A stretch of DNA of 64,000 bases from Gammaproteobacteria bacterium (GTDB taxonomy: Bacteria > Pseudomonadota > Gammaproteobacteria > Eutrophobiales > Eutrophobiaceae). Made by a program: the position numbers and the translations under genes. The notes under the pieces were generated by a model, which ran no database searches, was not told the DNA's origin, and worked only from the letters and a program-made list of their open reading frames with translations. Every line of letters starts with the position of its first letter. The stretch's first letter is position 1. Shown here piece by piece: positions 1-8,978 of the stretch. The stretch is taken from assembly GCA_965221695.1 (NCBI GenBank), contig OZ244905.1, positions 864,001 to 928,000 on the forward strand, in the 5' to 3' direction.

Positions 1-932
<932 letters not shown>

Positions 933-988
933 TTTCTTTCCCCCAGATTATTGCTGTGTAAATTTTACCATCTTACCTGAGACCTGTA

Positions 989-1110
989 CCATTCCCGTGC
1001 AAACGGGAATCCAGTGGAACAAAGGGTCGCCCGGAGGGCGACACTGTATTTGACTGGACTCCCGCTTTTCAGCCTGCCCCTGTATGGCGTTGAGCAGGGG
1101 CGGGAGTGGG
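989..1110. repeat. REP/BIME-like composite repeat, family 1
   Basis: CCATTCCCGTGCAAACGGGAATCCAG + GTCGCCC-N4-GGGCGAC hairpin + inverted CTGGACTCCCGC..CGGGAGTGG; same units recur at five other loci. Confidence 0.85.
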
Positions 1111-1192
1111 ACGGAGGCATGACTTGGCTGATGCCAATCGTTACACGCCGTCGGGGTGAGCAACGTCCTGATCAGGAAGATTTATCAGAAAA

Positions 1193-2110
1193 TTATATAC
1201 CGGTCTCGTCGAAGCGGGAATAGAATTCAGCGGCCGGCTGCCTTGGCCGTCCTTCTAAAGTCTCCATGTTGTTCATCAGGTATTCTACCGAGTCTTCCCG
1301 CACTGCGCGGTAGATGTTTTTTGTCAGGTTATACGCTGCAGCGCCGGACCAGTTCGGCGGCAGGAGTTCGGCTGGCAGGTCGGAATCCTGTAAATGTATG
1401 CGCCGGTATTCGTGAATCAGCAGCGCGCGCGCCTGGAACGATTGCCCGGGGTCTGTTTTCTTCGCGCTTTTCAAGGCGCGGTAAACAGGATGGTAGCGGC
1501 GGATAAAATGCTGGTATCTTCGTTCTATCTCTCCCAGGTCCCAGCAATCATGGGATAACTGCCGTAATACCTCGCGCGAGGCGAGTTCTTCCGTAGCGGC
1601 GATAAACACCAGTGTCTTCCCGGTCAAACCCAGTTCCATCAGGGTCTCATCCAGTGATTGCCTGTCAGCGGAAGGGTAAGCCAGCAATCCCGGCAACAGC
1701 GCGCCGTAGCCCAGCCATGACAACTCCCGGCGTAACTGCTCTTTCTCCTCCTGGTTGCAGAGAGAAGGCAATACCAGGGTCCACTTGCCGTCCCAGGGCT
1801 GGCGCCCGGCATAATATATGCGGCGCGCGGCCTTTTCGTAATGCTTTCGCCCCGCTTCGGTGAAACTATAATAACTGCGCCTGCCTACCTGCGTTGCGGC
1901 CAGCCAGTCCTCTTTCACGAGTCTGAACACCGCGGTGCGAATCTGCCTGTGATTCAGACCGAACGGTTCCAGTATCCTGATCAGGCTGCCCAGCCAGATA
2001 GCGCCGCCATGGGGGGAGACCACATCGCCAAACAGGGTAATGACCAGCGAGCCGGTACGGATGGGCTTGCGCGCGGAAAACTCCTCCAGCAGGTTGCTGA
2101 CCTGTTTCAT
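1193..2110 (-). CDS. paaX: Phenylacetate degradation repressor PaaX
   Basis: SLVITLFGD..HGGAIWLGSLI N-terminus, WDGKWTLV, DLPAELLPPNWSG; last gene of the paa operon. Confidence 0.95.
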   Translation of the reverse strand: MKQVSNLLEEFSARKPIRTGSLVITLFGDVVSPHGGAIWLGSLIRILEPFGLNHRQIRTAVFRLVKEDWLAATQVGRRSYYSFTEAGRKHYEKAARRIYYAGRQPWDGKWTLVLPSLCNQEEKEQLRRELSWLGYGALLPGLLAYPSADRQSLDETLMELGLTGKTLVFIAATEELASREVLRQLSHDCWDLGEIERRYQHFIRRYHPVYRALKSAKKTDPGQSFQARALLIHEYRRIHLQDSDLPAELLPPNWSGAAAYNLTKNIYRAVREDSVEYLMNNMETLEGRPRQPAAEFYSRFDETGI

Positions 2111-3193
2111 TCACTGGTCGAAATCGACGACGACCCGATCACTGATCGGGTGAGCCTGACAGGTAAGTATATAACCCCGCGCCAACTCATCCGGCTCCAG
2201 GGCATGGTTGATATCCATATCCACTTCCCCTTCCAGCAGTTTTGCCTTGCAGGTGGCACAAACGCCGCCTTTACACGCGAACGGCAGGTCGACGCCGTTA
2301 TCCAGGGCACTGTCAAGAATGTTCTGGCCGTCTGCGCTCAGCTCAAACCGGGTCTGGCGGCCATCCGCATTGACCGTGACCTGCGCCACCATCCCGGCCA
2401 GTTTCAGCGCCCGCTCATGGTGTTTCGCCACTCTTACCGCGGCCGCCTCGGCTGACGCCGCGAACAGCTCATAATGTATTTTGCTCTCGTCGATGCCCTC
2501 GGCGCGCAACCCCCGGGAGACTTCGGAGATCATCGCTTCCGGTCCGCACAGGAAAAATTCGTCGACCGCGCGCAGGTCGAGCAGGCGCTGAATTAATTCC
2601 GCGCCTTTTCTGTTATTGATGCGGCCGTTCAGGATTTCAATATCCTGGTGTTCCCGACTGAGGATATTGATCCACTGGAAGCGAGACATATATTGATTTT
2701 TGATGTCTTCCAGCTCTTCCCTGAACATCATGGTCGCCACCCGCTGGTTGCCGTACAACAGGGTCACATGGCTGTCCGGCTCCCGTTTCAGTACAGTCTT
2801 GATAATCGAGATGATCGGTGTAATGCCGCTGCCGGCGGCAATGCACAGGTAATTGCGTTCGCTGTCCTCACTCAGCGGTGTGAAGAATGTCCCCTGGGGC
2901 GGCATGACTTCCAGCTTATCGCCGCTGGCCAGGTTCTCGTTGGCGTATGTTGAAAAGACGCCACCTGCGACTTTCTTGACCGCAACCCGCAGGGTTCCGT
3001 CGTCCACACCGGAACAGATGGAGTAGGAACGTCTGACCTCCGCGCCATCGATGTCCGCCTTCAGCGTCAGGTACTGGCCCTGGATAAACCGGTAGAGGTC
3101 GGATAAATCCGCGGGCACGTCAAACGTTAGGCACACCGAGTCGTCCGTTTCCTTACGTATATCACTGATGGTCAGAGGGTAAAATTCAGGCAT
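2111..3193 (-). CDS. paaE: Phenylacetyl-CoA epoxidase reductase subunit (FAD/NAD(P)H + C-terminal 2Fe-2S)
   Basis: RRSYSIC, AAGSGITP, FFLCGP, C-terminal ACKGGVCATC...LTCQ. Confidence 0.95.
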   Translation of the reverse strand: MPEFYPLTISDIRKETDDSVCLTFDVPADLSDLYRFIQGQYLTLKADIDGAEVRRSYSICSGVDDGTLRVAVKKVAGGVFSTYANENLASGDKLEVMPPQGTFFTPLSEDSERNYLCIAAGSGITPIISIIKTVLKREPDSHVTLLYGNQRVATMMFREELEDIKNQYMSRFQWINILSREHQDIEILNGRINNRKGAELIQRLLDLRAVDEFFLCGPEAMISEVSRGLRAEGIDESKIHYELFAASAEAAAVRVAKHHERALKLAGMVAQVTVNADGRQTRFELSADGQNILDSALDNGVDLPFACKGGVCATCKAKLLEGEVDMDINHALEPDELARGYILTCQAHPISDRVVVDFDQ

Positions 3194-3240
3194 CTTCAAT
3201 AACAATAAGTCTAAGTCTATGCGTCAAGGTCATGCAATTG

Positions 3241-3269
3241 GCGCGGTCGAGACGCCCGCGATCCCAGGG
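3241..3269. repeat. GC-rich REP-like palindrome, family 2 (degenerate)
   Basis: GCGCGGTCGAGACGCCCGCGATCCC resembles GCGGGCGAGACGCCCGCGCTCCC at ~44079-44101. Confidence 0.55.
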
Positions 3270-3302
3270 AACGCATGCATGTCCGATATTATTTCATCTG
3301 CG

Positions 3303-3827
3303 TTAAATGCATTTGAAATAGTCAAAAGGTTCCAGGCAGGTTTTGCACCGGTGCAAGGCCTTGCATGGGGTGGATCCGAAGCGGCTGATTTCTTCCGTAT
3401 CGGTGGATTGGCAGCGCGGGCAGGATAACACTGCAAACGGTGTTCGCAAACTCTGTTTGGCGCCGGAACCCGCGGGGGGCACAATACCGTATTGCAGCAG
3501 TTTTTCTCTGCCGGCCGCGCTCAGCCAGTCAGTGGTCCAGGCCGGCGCAAGCTGTGTGATCAATTCAACATCCGGATGGCCGTTCCGATCCAATGCAGCC
3601 CTGACATCGTCCTCTATGGTCTGCATCGCCGGGCAACCGCTGTAGGTGGGTGTAATGATTACCTGGATCCTGCCGTCATGCCAACGCACCTCGCGCAATA
3701 TACCCAGGTCGGCGATGGTCAATACCGGTATTTCCGGGTCGGTAACCTGTTCCAGTACTTGTTTTACCTTTGCAAGCGTGCCTTCAATGCACCCAGCAGG
3801 TAATTCCGTTGCGTAAACGGCAGCCAT
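3303..3827 (-). CDS. paaD: Phenylacetyl-CoA epoxidase subunit PaaD (PaaJ in Pseudomonas naming)
   Basis: VTDPEIPVLTIADLG, TPTYSGCPA, CPRC...FGSTPCKA..C..C.EPFDYFKCI. Confidence 0.95.
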   Translation of the reverse strand: MAAVYATELPAGCIEGTLAKVKQVLEQVTDPEIPVLTIADLGILREVRWHDGRIQVIITPTYSGCPAMQTIEDDVRAALDRNGHPDVELITQLAPAWTTDWLSAAGREKLLQYGIVPPAGSGAKQSLRTPFAVLSCPRCQSTDTEEISRFGSTPCKALHRCKTCLEPFDYFKCI

Positions 3828-3834
3828 TGCGACC

Positions 3835-4587
3835 TCACCAGTTCAGGCCGGGATAGGTACGCTGCAGGGACTGCATCTCAGCCAGCAGGTATCCCATGTG
3901 TTCCGAATGCAAGCCCTGGCGTCCGCCGCCGCGGGTGAAGCCGGGCTGCGGGCGTTCCAGCATTGCCTCGCGGAAAACCCGTTCCACCTCTTCATTCCAC
4001 GAGGTCTCGATACTGTTCAAGTCCACGCCGATACCTTGTTCCTGCATGGTCCGGTCCACCTCATCCGCGGCAAACAACTCAGGGGTGAACGGCATCAGTT
4101 CCGTTATCGCCCGGGTCGTTTTTTCATGGCTCTCCTCGGTGCCGTCACCTAAGCGCACCATCCATTCGCTGCTGTGGCGCAGGTGGTATTCACATTCTTT
4201 CAGGGTTTTCGCGGCTATTGCTGCCAGTGTGGTATCCGCCGAGTCCCGTAAAGCGCGGTAATAGTAATAATCATAGGCATCGACAAAAAACTGCCGCGCG
4301 GTGGTGAAGGCAAAATCGCCTATCGGCAACTCCATGATATGGAAATTCCGGAACTCCCGCTCACTGCGGAAATAAGCGAGATCGTCCTCGCCCCTGCCCT
4401 GCCCTTCCACCTCGCCGGCGTAGGTCAGCAACATGCGGGCGCGCCCGATCAGGTCCAACGCGGTGTTGGTCAGCGCCAGGTCTTCTTCGAGGAACGGGCC
4501 ATGGCCGCACCATTGCGCTAGCCGCTGGCCGTTTATCAGGGCATTGTCCCCAAGTCTCAGCAGGTACTGAAACAGGTCCTGGTTCAC
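3835..4587 (-). CDS. paaC: Phenylacetyl-CoA epoxidase subunit PaaC
   Basis: LLRLGDNALINGQRLAQWCGHGPFLEEDLAL, RLGDGTEESH. Confidence 0.95.
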   Translation of the reverse strand: MNQDLFQYLLRLGDNALINGQRLAQWCGHGPFLEEDLALTNTALDLIGRARMLLTYAGEVEGQGRGEDDLAYFRSEREFRNFHIMELPIGDFAFTTARQFFVDAYDYYYYRALRDSADTTLAAIAAKTLKECEYHLRHSSEWMVRLGDGTEESHEKTTRAITELMPFTPELFAADEVDRTMQEQGIGVDLNSIETSWNEEVERVFREAMLERPQPGFTRGGGRQGLHSEHMGYLLAEMQSLQRTYPGLNW

Positions 4588-4868
4588 AGCTTGAGGTCTT
4601 CCGGCACGTCGTAAAAGGTTGGATGGCGGTAGATCTTGTCTTCTGCCGGCTCGAAAAAACTGTCCTCGTCTTCCGGCTGGCTGGCAACGATATCAGCAGA
4701 TTTCACCACCCAGATGCTGCATCCCTCGTTGCGGCGGGTATAGGTATCGCGTGCATATTGCAGGGCCTGCTCAGAGTCAGTCGCATGAATGCTGCCGGCA
4801 TGTTTGTGATCCAGCCCCCGCTTGTTGCGCACAAACACTTCCCACAGGGGCATCCGTTTATCTGTCAT
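4584..4868 (-). CDS. paaB: Phenylacetyl-CoA epoxidase subunit PaaB
   Basis: LWEVFVR..GLDHKHAGSIHA, YTRRNEG.SIWVV, DKIYRHPTFY. Confidence 0.95.
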   Translation of the reverse strand: MTDKRMPLWEVFVRNKRGLDHKHAGSIHATDSEQALQYARDTYTRRNEGCSIWVVKSADIVASQPEDEDSFFEPAEDKIYRHPTFYDVPEDLKL

Positions 4869-4973
4869 GGCCAAACTTCCTGGCAATGGCCGTTGATAGT
4901 TGATCCAAGCACTGCTCAGCGCCGATGGACAGTTCCCACGGGGACAACCGCTTATCCGTCATGGTCAAGTTAC

Positions 4974-5924
4974 TCAGGCAGCGATCTTTTGCGCCCGCTG
5001 CCGTTGCTTGTCAGCATAGGCCAGGGCGGCTTCCCGCACCCACGCGCCGTCGTCATGGGCCTTGACACGGTCGCGCAAGCGTTCGTGGTTGCAGGGGCCG
5101 TTTCCGGCGATGACCTGGAAGAATTCCTCCCAGTCTATTTCGCCGAAATCGTACTGACCGCGCGCGTCATTCCACTTCAGATCAGGATCGGGCAACGTCA
5201 GGCCCAGGTATTCGGCCTGGGGTACAGATTGATCCACAAACTTCTGGCGCAGTTCATCATTGCTGAAACGCTTGATTTTCCATTGCATGGATTGGGCTGA
5301 ATGGGTGGAATCAGCGTCGCTGGGACCGAACATCATCAACGCCGGCCACCACCACCTGTTTACCGCGTCCTGGGCCATGGCTTTTTGCTCTTCGGACCCG
5401 CGGCACAGTGTCATCAGCAACTCATAGCCCTGGCGCACATGAAAGCTCTCTTCCTTGCAGATGCGCACCATGGCGCGAGCATAGGGGCCGTAAGAGCAGC
5501 GGCACAGCGGAACCTGGTTGAGGATGGCCGCGGCATCCACCAGCCAACCGATGGCGCCGATATCCGCCCAGGTCAGAGTCGGGTAATTGAAGATGCTGGA
5601 GTACTTGGCCTTGCCGGAATGCAGTTGATCGATCAACTCCTCGCGGGACACGCCCAGGGTCTCCGCAGCGCTGTACAGGTACAGACCGTGCCCGCCCTCG
5701 TCCTGCACCTTGGCCAGCAGGATCGCCTTGCGCCGCAGGGTCGGCGCACGCGTGATCCAGTTGCCCTCCGGCAACTGGCCGACAATCTCGGAATGGGCAT
5801 GTTGCGAAATCTGCCTGATCAGAGTTTTCCGGTACGTTTCAGGCATCCAGTCACGCGGTTCGATTTTTTCCTCGGCATCGATCCGCTGTTGAAAAATATC
5901 CGCCAATGCTGCTGTATCGGTCAT
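4974..5924 (-). CDS. paaA: Phenylacetyl-CoA epoxidase catalytic subunit PaaA
   Basis: [35 protein letters not shown] di-iron motifs. Confidence 0.97.
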   Translation of the reverse strand: MTDTAALADIFQQRIDAEEKIEPRDWMPETYRKTLIRQISQHAHSEIVGQLPEGNWITRAPTLRRKAILLAKVQDEGGHGLYLYSAAETLGVSREELIDQLHSGKAKYSSIFNYPTLTWADIGAIGWLVDAAAILNQVPLCRCSYGPYARAMVRICKEESFHVRQGYELLMTLCRGSEEQKAMAQDAVNRWWWPALMMFGPSDADSTHSAQSMQWKIKRFSNDELRQKFVDQSVPQAEYLGLTLPDPDLKWNDARGQYDFGEIDWEEFFQVIAGNGPCNHERLRDRVKAHDDGAWVREAALAYADKQRQRAQKIAA

Positions 5925-5956
5925 CGTTATTTACCTCGATATCGCCATTGAATTAA

Positions 5957-5995
5957 TGATACAAAAAAATTCGGATATGTCAACTTTTCGTATCA
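5957..5995. promoter_or_regulatory. Putative PaaX operator
   Basis: TGATAC-N27-GTATCA directly upstream of paaA; same geometry as the described PaaX site TGATTC-N27-GAATCA. Confidence 0.75.
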
Positions 5996-6037
5996 TATTC
6001 AGGTTGGGTGAGAAGTAACATGAAGGCATTCCCTCGC

Positions 6038-6092
6038 ACCACTCCCGCAACAGTGGGAGTCCAGTAAAATACTGTGTCGCCCGCAGTGCGAC
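6038..6092. repeat. Family 1 REP-like repeat (partial, reversed)
   Basis: ACCACTCCCGCAACAGTGGGAGTCCAG...GTCGCCCGCAGTGCGAC. Confidence 0.75.
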
Positions 6093-6113
6093 TCTGTAAT
6101 GGATACTGTTATC

Positions 6114-8315
6114 TCAGTTGTGATAGGGATTGAACTCTGTGACATCCTCTCTTTGTGTTGTGCTGGTATCCATGGGAGGTGTCGGAATGTAATGTTCCGG
6201 CGTGGCGCCGCCTTCAGCTTTGCGGGTCAGGGCCTGTTGTACGGTCTCGACCTTCACCGCTGCGGCAAGACCGTCTTTTCTTTTGACCATCATCGCGATG
6301 CCTGAGCTGTTCGGCGGCGGCATCATGTCGGCGTGGTAATAGGCTACCTTGTGTTTTTTCACATCAATCTTTCGATCAAGGTCCAAGTCTCGCTGGTTGA
6401 CGCCCTTGAGCGGATGTACGCAGACGCCGTCGACGATCTCCAGGTCCAGCCACCATTTTTTTACCGGGTTGCGCACGCCGTGACCCAGTAGATCGTCCAA
6501 TTTTACCGCGATGGGGACCAGCAGGGGCTTCAGCCAGAATGCGTTGACGCCGCACCAGCTTGCGACCTGGGTGGCGATGGGGCCGTCCCAACTGATGACC
6601 TTGTTCAGCGGGCAGGTCTTCATGCAGCGGCCGCAAGCCAGCCCGCGCTGGTTGGTCAGGCGGTAACGGGTGCAGCGCTCGACATCCGGTTTCCACATCT
6701 CATAGCCGTTGAACATCACCTTGCCACCGAAAGGGATCGCGTCACAGGGACATTCGCGCGCGCACTTGAGACAGTTGGAGCAGAAATACTGCAAACCGAA
6801 ATCGACGGGCTTGTCGGGAACCAGCGGCAGATCGGTGGTCATGACGACGGTCTTGAAACGCGGGCCGATGAATGGGTTGAGCACCAGTTCGCCAATACGG
6901 CTGAGTTCGCCCAGTCCCGCCCACATGACCAGGGGAATATGCAACACATGGGAATCTGCGTTGGTCTGGGGCCGGGCCGGGTATCCCAACGAGCGGATAT
7001 GCTCGGCCATGATGCCGGCAATCAGCGCGCCGCGCATATAAGCGCGCATGGACTGCGCGCCGGAAATAAAATCATCGCCGGATGCCCCTTCCATCGTGTC
7101 ATAACCCTGGTCGATCAGGCATACGACCGCGTATTTGTGGTACGGCACGATCTCGGAACCGTCTTCCTTATGGGAATACCAGGCGTAGTCCGGTATCTCG
7201 CAGATACCGGTGATCTCCGACCCCAGCGCATAGGACAGAGATTTGAGCGCCCTGGTGTTGGCCTCCGGATCACTCAACTCCGCCGCCTTGGTTTTTGCAA
7301 CAGGACCATCCTGGTGCGGTACCATGCCGCGGATCTGCTTCAGCATGGCAGCGGCAAAAGGGTGTTTGAAGGAAAACCGCTGGCGCTCGACCTGGGCCTT
7401 CTTATCCAGGTCGCCGTGAATCGCCCGTTCGAAGAAACCTGCGCGTTTCGGCACCCGCGGCACTTCATCATCCAGGATCAGCGTGGTCGGCCTGGGCACG
7501 CGTTTCACCTGTTCCATCGGGTAATTGCTGAGGTGGGTGCGGCGGTTGGCGCGGCGCCATCTTTCCAGGCCCGAGGTCGCGCCGCCGACGCCCAACCAGT
7601 ATGCCAGGCTCTTGCCGTTTTTCGCCTTTTGCGCCAACGGCAGGTCAGTTGCCAATGCATAGTCCGTAGTGACCACCGCAACCGTGTAGTCGGCGCCCAG
7701 GTAAGGATTAATGATTCCGCCTTTGGTCCGGACCCCAAGGCCCGCAAGCACCGTTAGCCGCTCGATATCGACCCGATCATTGTGATCGTCATAAGCGGTC
7801 GCGTTGAACCCCATCGCCCGGATGTGGTTGGCTATGCCTACCGCCACTTCGAAAGCGCGCATCTGCGCGGTGGCATGAATTGAGCCTTCCAGCCAGTTGC
7901 GGGCCAGGTTGCCGGGTTCCGGCAGCCGGCTGTATTCGGCAAGCACGACGATTCCGTGAGTATGATCTGCCGAATTTGCATGGCGATACCAGCAGGAGGC
8001 CGACAATTGGCAAATACCAATCTGGCTGGCATCGAGAAAATAACCGGCGCCCTTCACGTCAATGGAACGCCTTTCCAGGTCATCAGGCGCCGGCGCCCTC
8101 GCCGGCGCTACCGGACCATCGCAGAATTGCTTAAAGATACGGTGATATTTTTCCAGCGCAGCGGCATAGTCCGGCTGCGCGCCGTTGCCGAAAACAGGCC
8201 TTTCATTCTGTCCCAACCAGCGCTCTTGCTCGATAATCTCCTCATCCCTGGCCAACCTCTCAAGAGGATACGGGCCATAGTGGAAGGGCCGGCTCTTATT
8301 TGAGAAGAAGATCAT
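6114..8315 (-). CDS. rdhA: Catabolic-type (non-respiratory) cobalamin-dependent reductive dehalogenase, NpRdhA/BhbA-like
   Basis: N-terminus FSNKSRPFHYGPYPLERLAR; two related cobalamin-domain-like blocks (LAGLGV.. and WAGLGELSRIG..LNPFIGPRFK); FCSNCLKCARECP and CGRCMKTCP 4Fe-4S motifs; no Tat signal, no rdhB. Confidence 0.85.
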   Translation of the reverse strand: MIFFSNKSRPFHYGPYPLERLARDEEIIEQERWLGQNERPVFGNGAQPDYAAALEKYHRIFKQFCDGPVAPARAPAPDDLERRSIDVKGAGYFLDASQIGICQLSASCWYRHANSADHTHGIVVLAEYSRLPEPGNLARNWLEGSIHATAQMRAFEVAVGIANHIRAMGFNATAYDDHNDRVDIERLTVLAGLGVRTKGGIINPYLGADYTVAVVTTDYALATDLPLAQKAKNGKSLAYWLGVGGATSGLERWRRANRRTHLSNYPMEQVKRVPRPTTLILDDEVPRVPKRAGFFERAIHGDLDKKAQVERQRFSFKHPFAAAMLKQIRGMVPHQDGPVAKTKAAELSDPEANTRALKSLSYALGSEITGICEIPDYAWYSHKEDGSEIVPYHKYAVVCLIDQGYDTMEGASGDDFISGAQSMRAYMRGALIAGIMAEHIRSLGYPARPQTNADSHVLHIPLVMWAGLGELSRIGELVLNPFIGPRFKTVVMTTDLPLVPDKPVDFGLQYFCSNCLKCARECPCDAIPFGGKVMFNGYEMWKPDVERCTRYRLTNQRGLACGRCMKTCPLNKVISWDGPIATQVASWCGVNAFWLKPLLVPIAVKLDDLLGHGVRNPVKKWWLDLEIVDGVCVHPLKGVNQRDLDLDRKIDVKKHKVAYYHADMMPPPNSSGIAMMVKRKDGLAAAVKVETVQQALTRKAEGGATPEHYIPTPPMDTSTTQREDVTEFNPYHN

Positions 8316-8333
8316 ATTTTGGTCCCGATTTAT

Positions 8334-8368
8334 CTAAGGAAGCTCTGACTTAATCAGAACTCCCCTAA
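8334..8368. repeat. Collapsed remnant of the IS5-type MITE
   Basis: TAAGGAAGCTCTGACTTAATCAGAACTCC matches the MITE terminal sequence. Confidence 0.6.
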
Positions 8369-8466
8369 TATCTTGTGATTATGTCATAAAAACTGCCGTT
8401 CCTGTCAATATCCTGTAAATTATACGACACCCACCAAATTTATATGCACAGCCTGTAAATACTATT

Positions 8467-8973
8467 ATGCACGTAGAAGGTTTTGCGCCAATTGCAGACC
8501 GCCGCGCGCGGGCGCTGATCCTCGGCTCGATGCCCAGTACGGCATCGCTTGCCGCACAACAATATTATGCGCATCCGAGGAATTTATTCTGGCGCATGGT
8601 GGAATATTGGTTTGGCATTGGTCTCGACGCGCCTTATGCAGAGCGTTGCCGGACATTGACTGAACATGGTATCGCGCTATGGGATGTGTTGCAAAACTGT
8701 CACCGAGCAGGCAGCCTCGATAGCGCAATACGACAACCTCAAGCAAACGATTTTGCAACTTTCTACGAGCAGCATACACAACTGAAGGCAGTATTTTTCA
8801 ATGGCAGCGCCGCCGAACAGTTCTACCACAAACTGGTGGCGCCGACCATTCCCGACACGGTGTCTGTTGAATTTAACCGGCTACCCTCCACCAGCCCCGC
8901 TAACGCAGCTATGACCTTGGAACAAAAACGCGTGCGCTGGCAAGCCGTATTGGACTCTACCTGTTTGCCGTGA
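8467..8973 (+). CDS. UDG-superfamily glycosylase (hypoxanthine/deoxyinosine-DNA glycosylase type)
   Basis: LILGSMPS..SL..QQYYAHPRNLFW, WDVL..C.R.GSLDSAI, LPSTSPAN. Confidence 0.9.
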   Translation: MHVEGFAPIADRRARALILGSMPSTASLAAQQYYAHPRNLFWRMVEYWFGIGLDAPYAERCRTLTEHGIALWDVLQNCHRAGSLDSAIRQPQANDFATFYEQHTQLKAVFFNGSAAEQFYHKLVAPTIPDTVSVEFNRLPSTSPANAAMTLEQKRVRWQAVLDSTCLP

Positions 8974-8978
8974 ACAGG

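Noticed and set aside
6114-8315. Epoxyqueuosine reductase QueG
   Set aside because: About twice the length of QueG, with an RdhA-type N-terminus and duplicated domain
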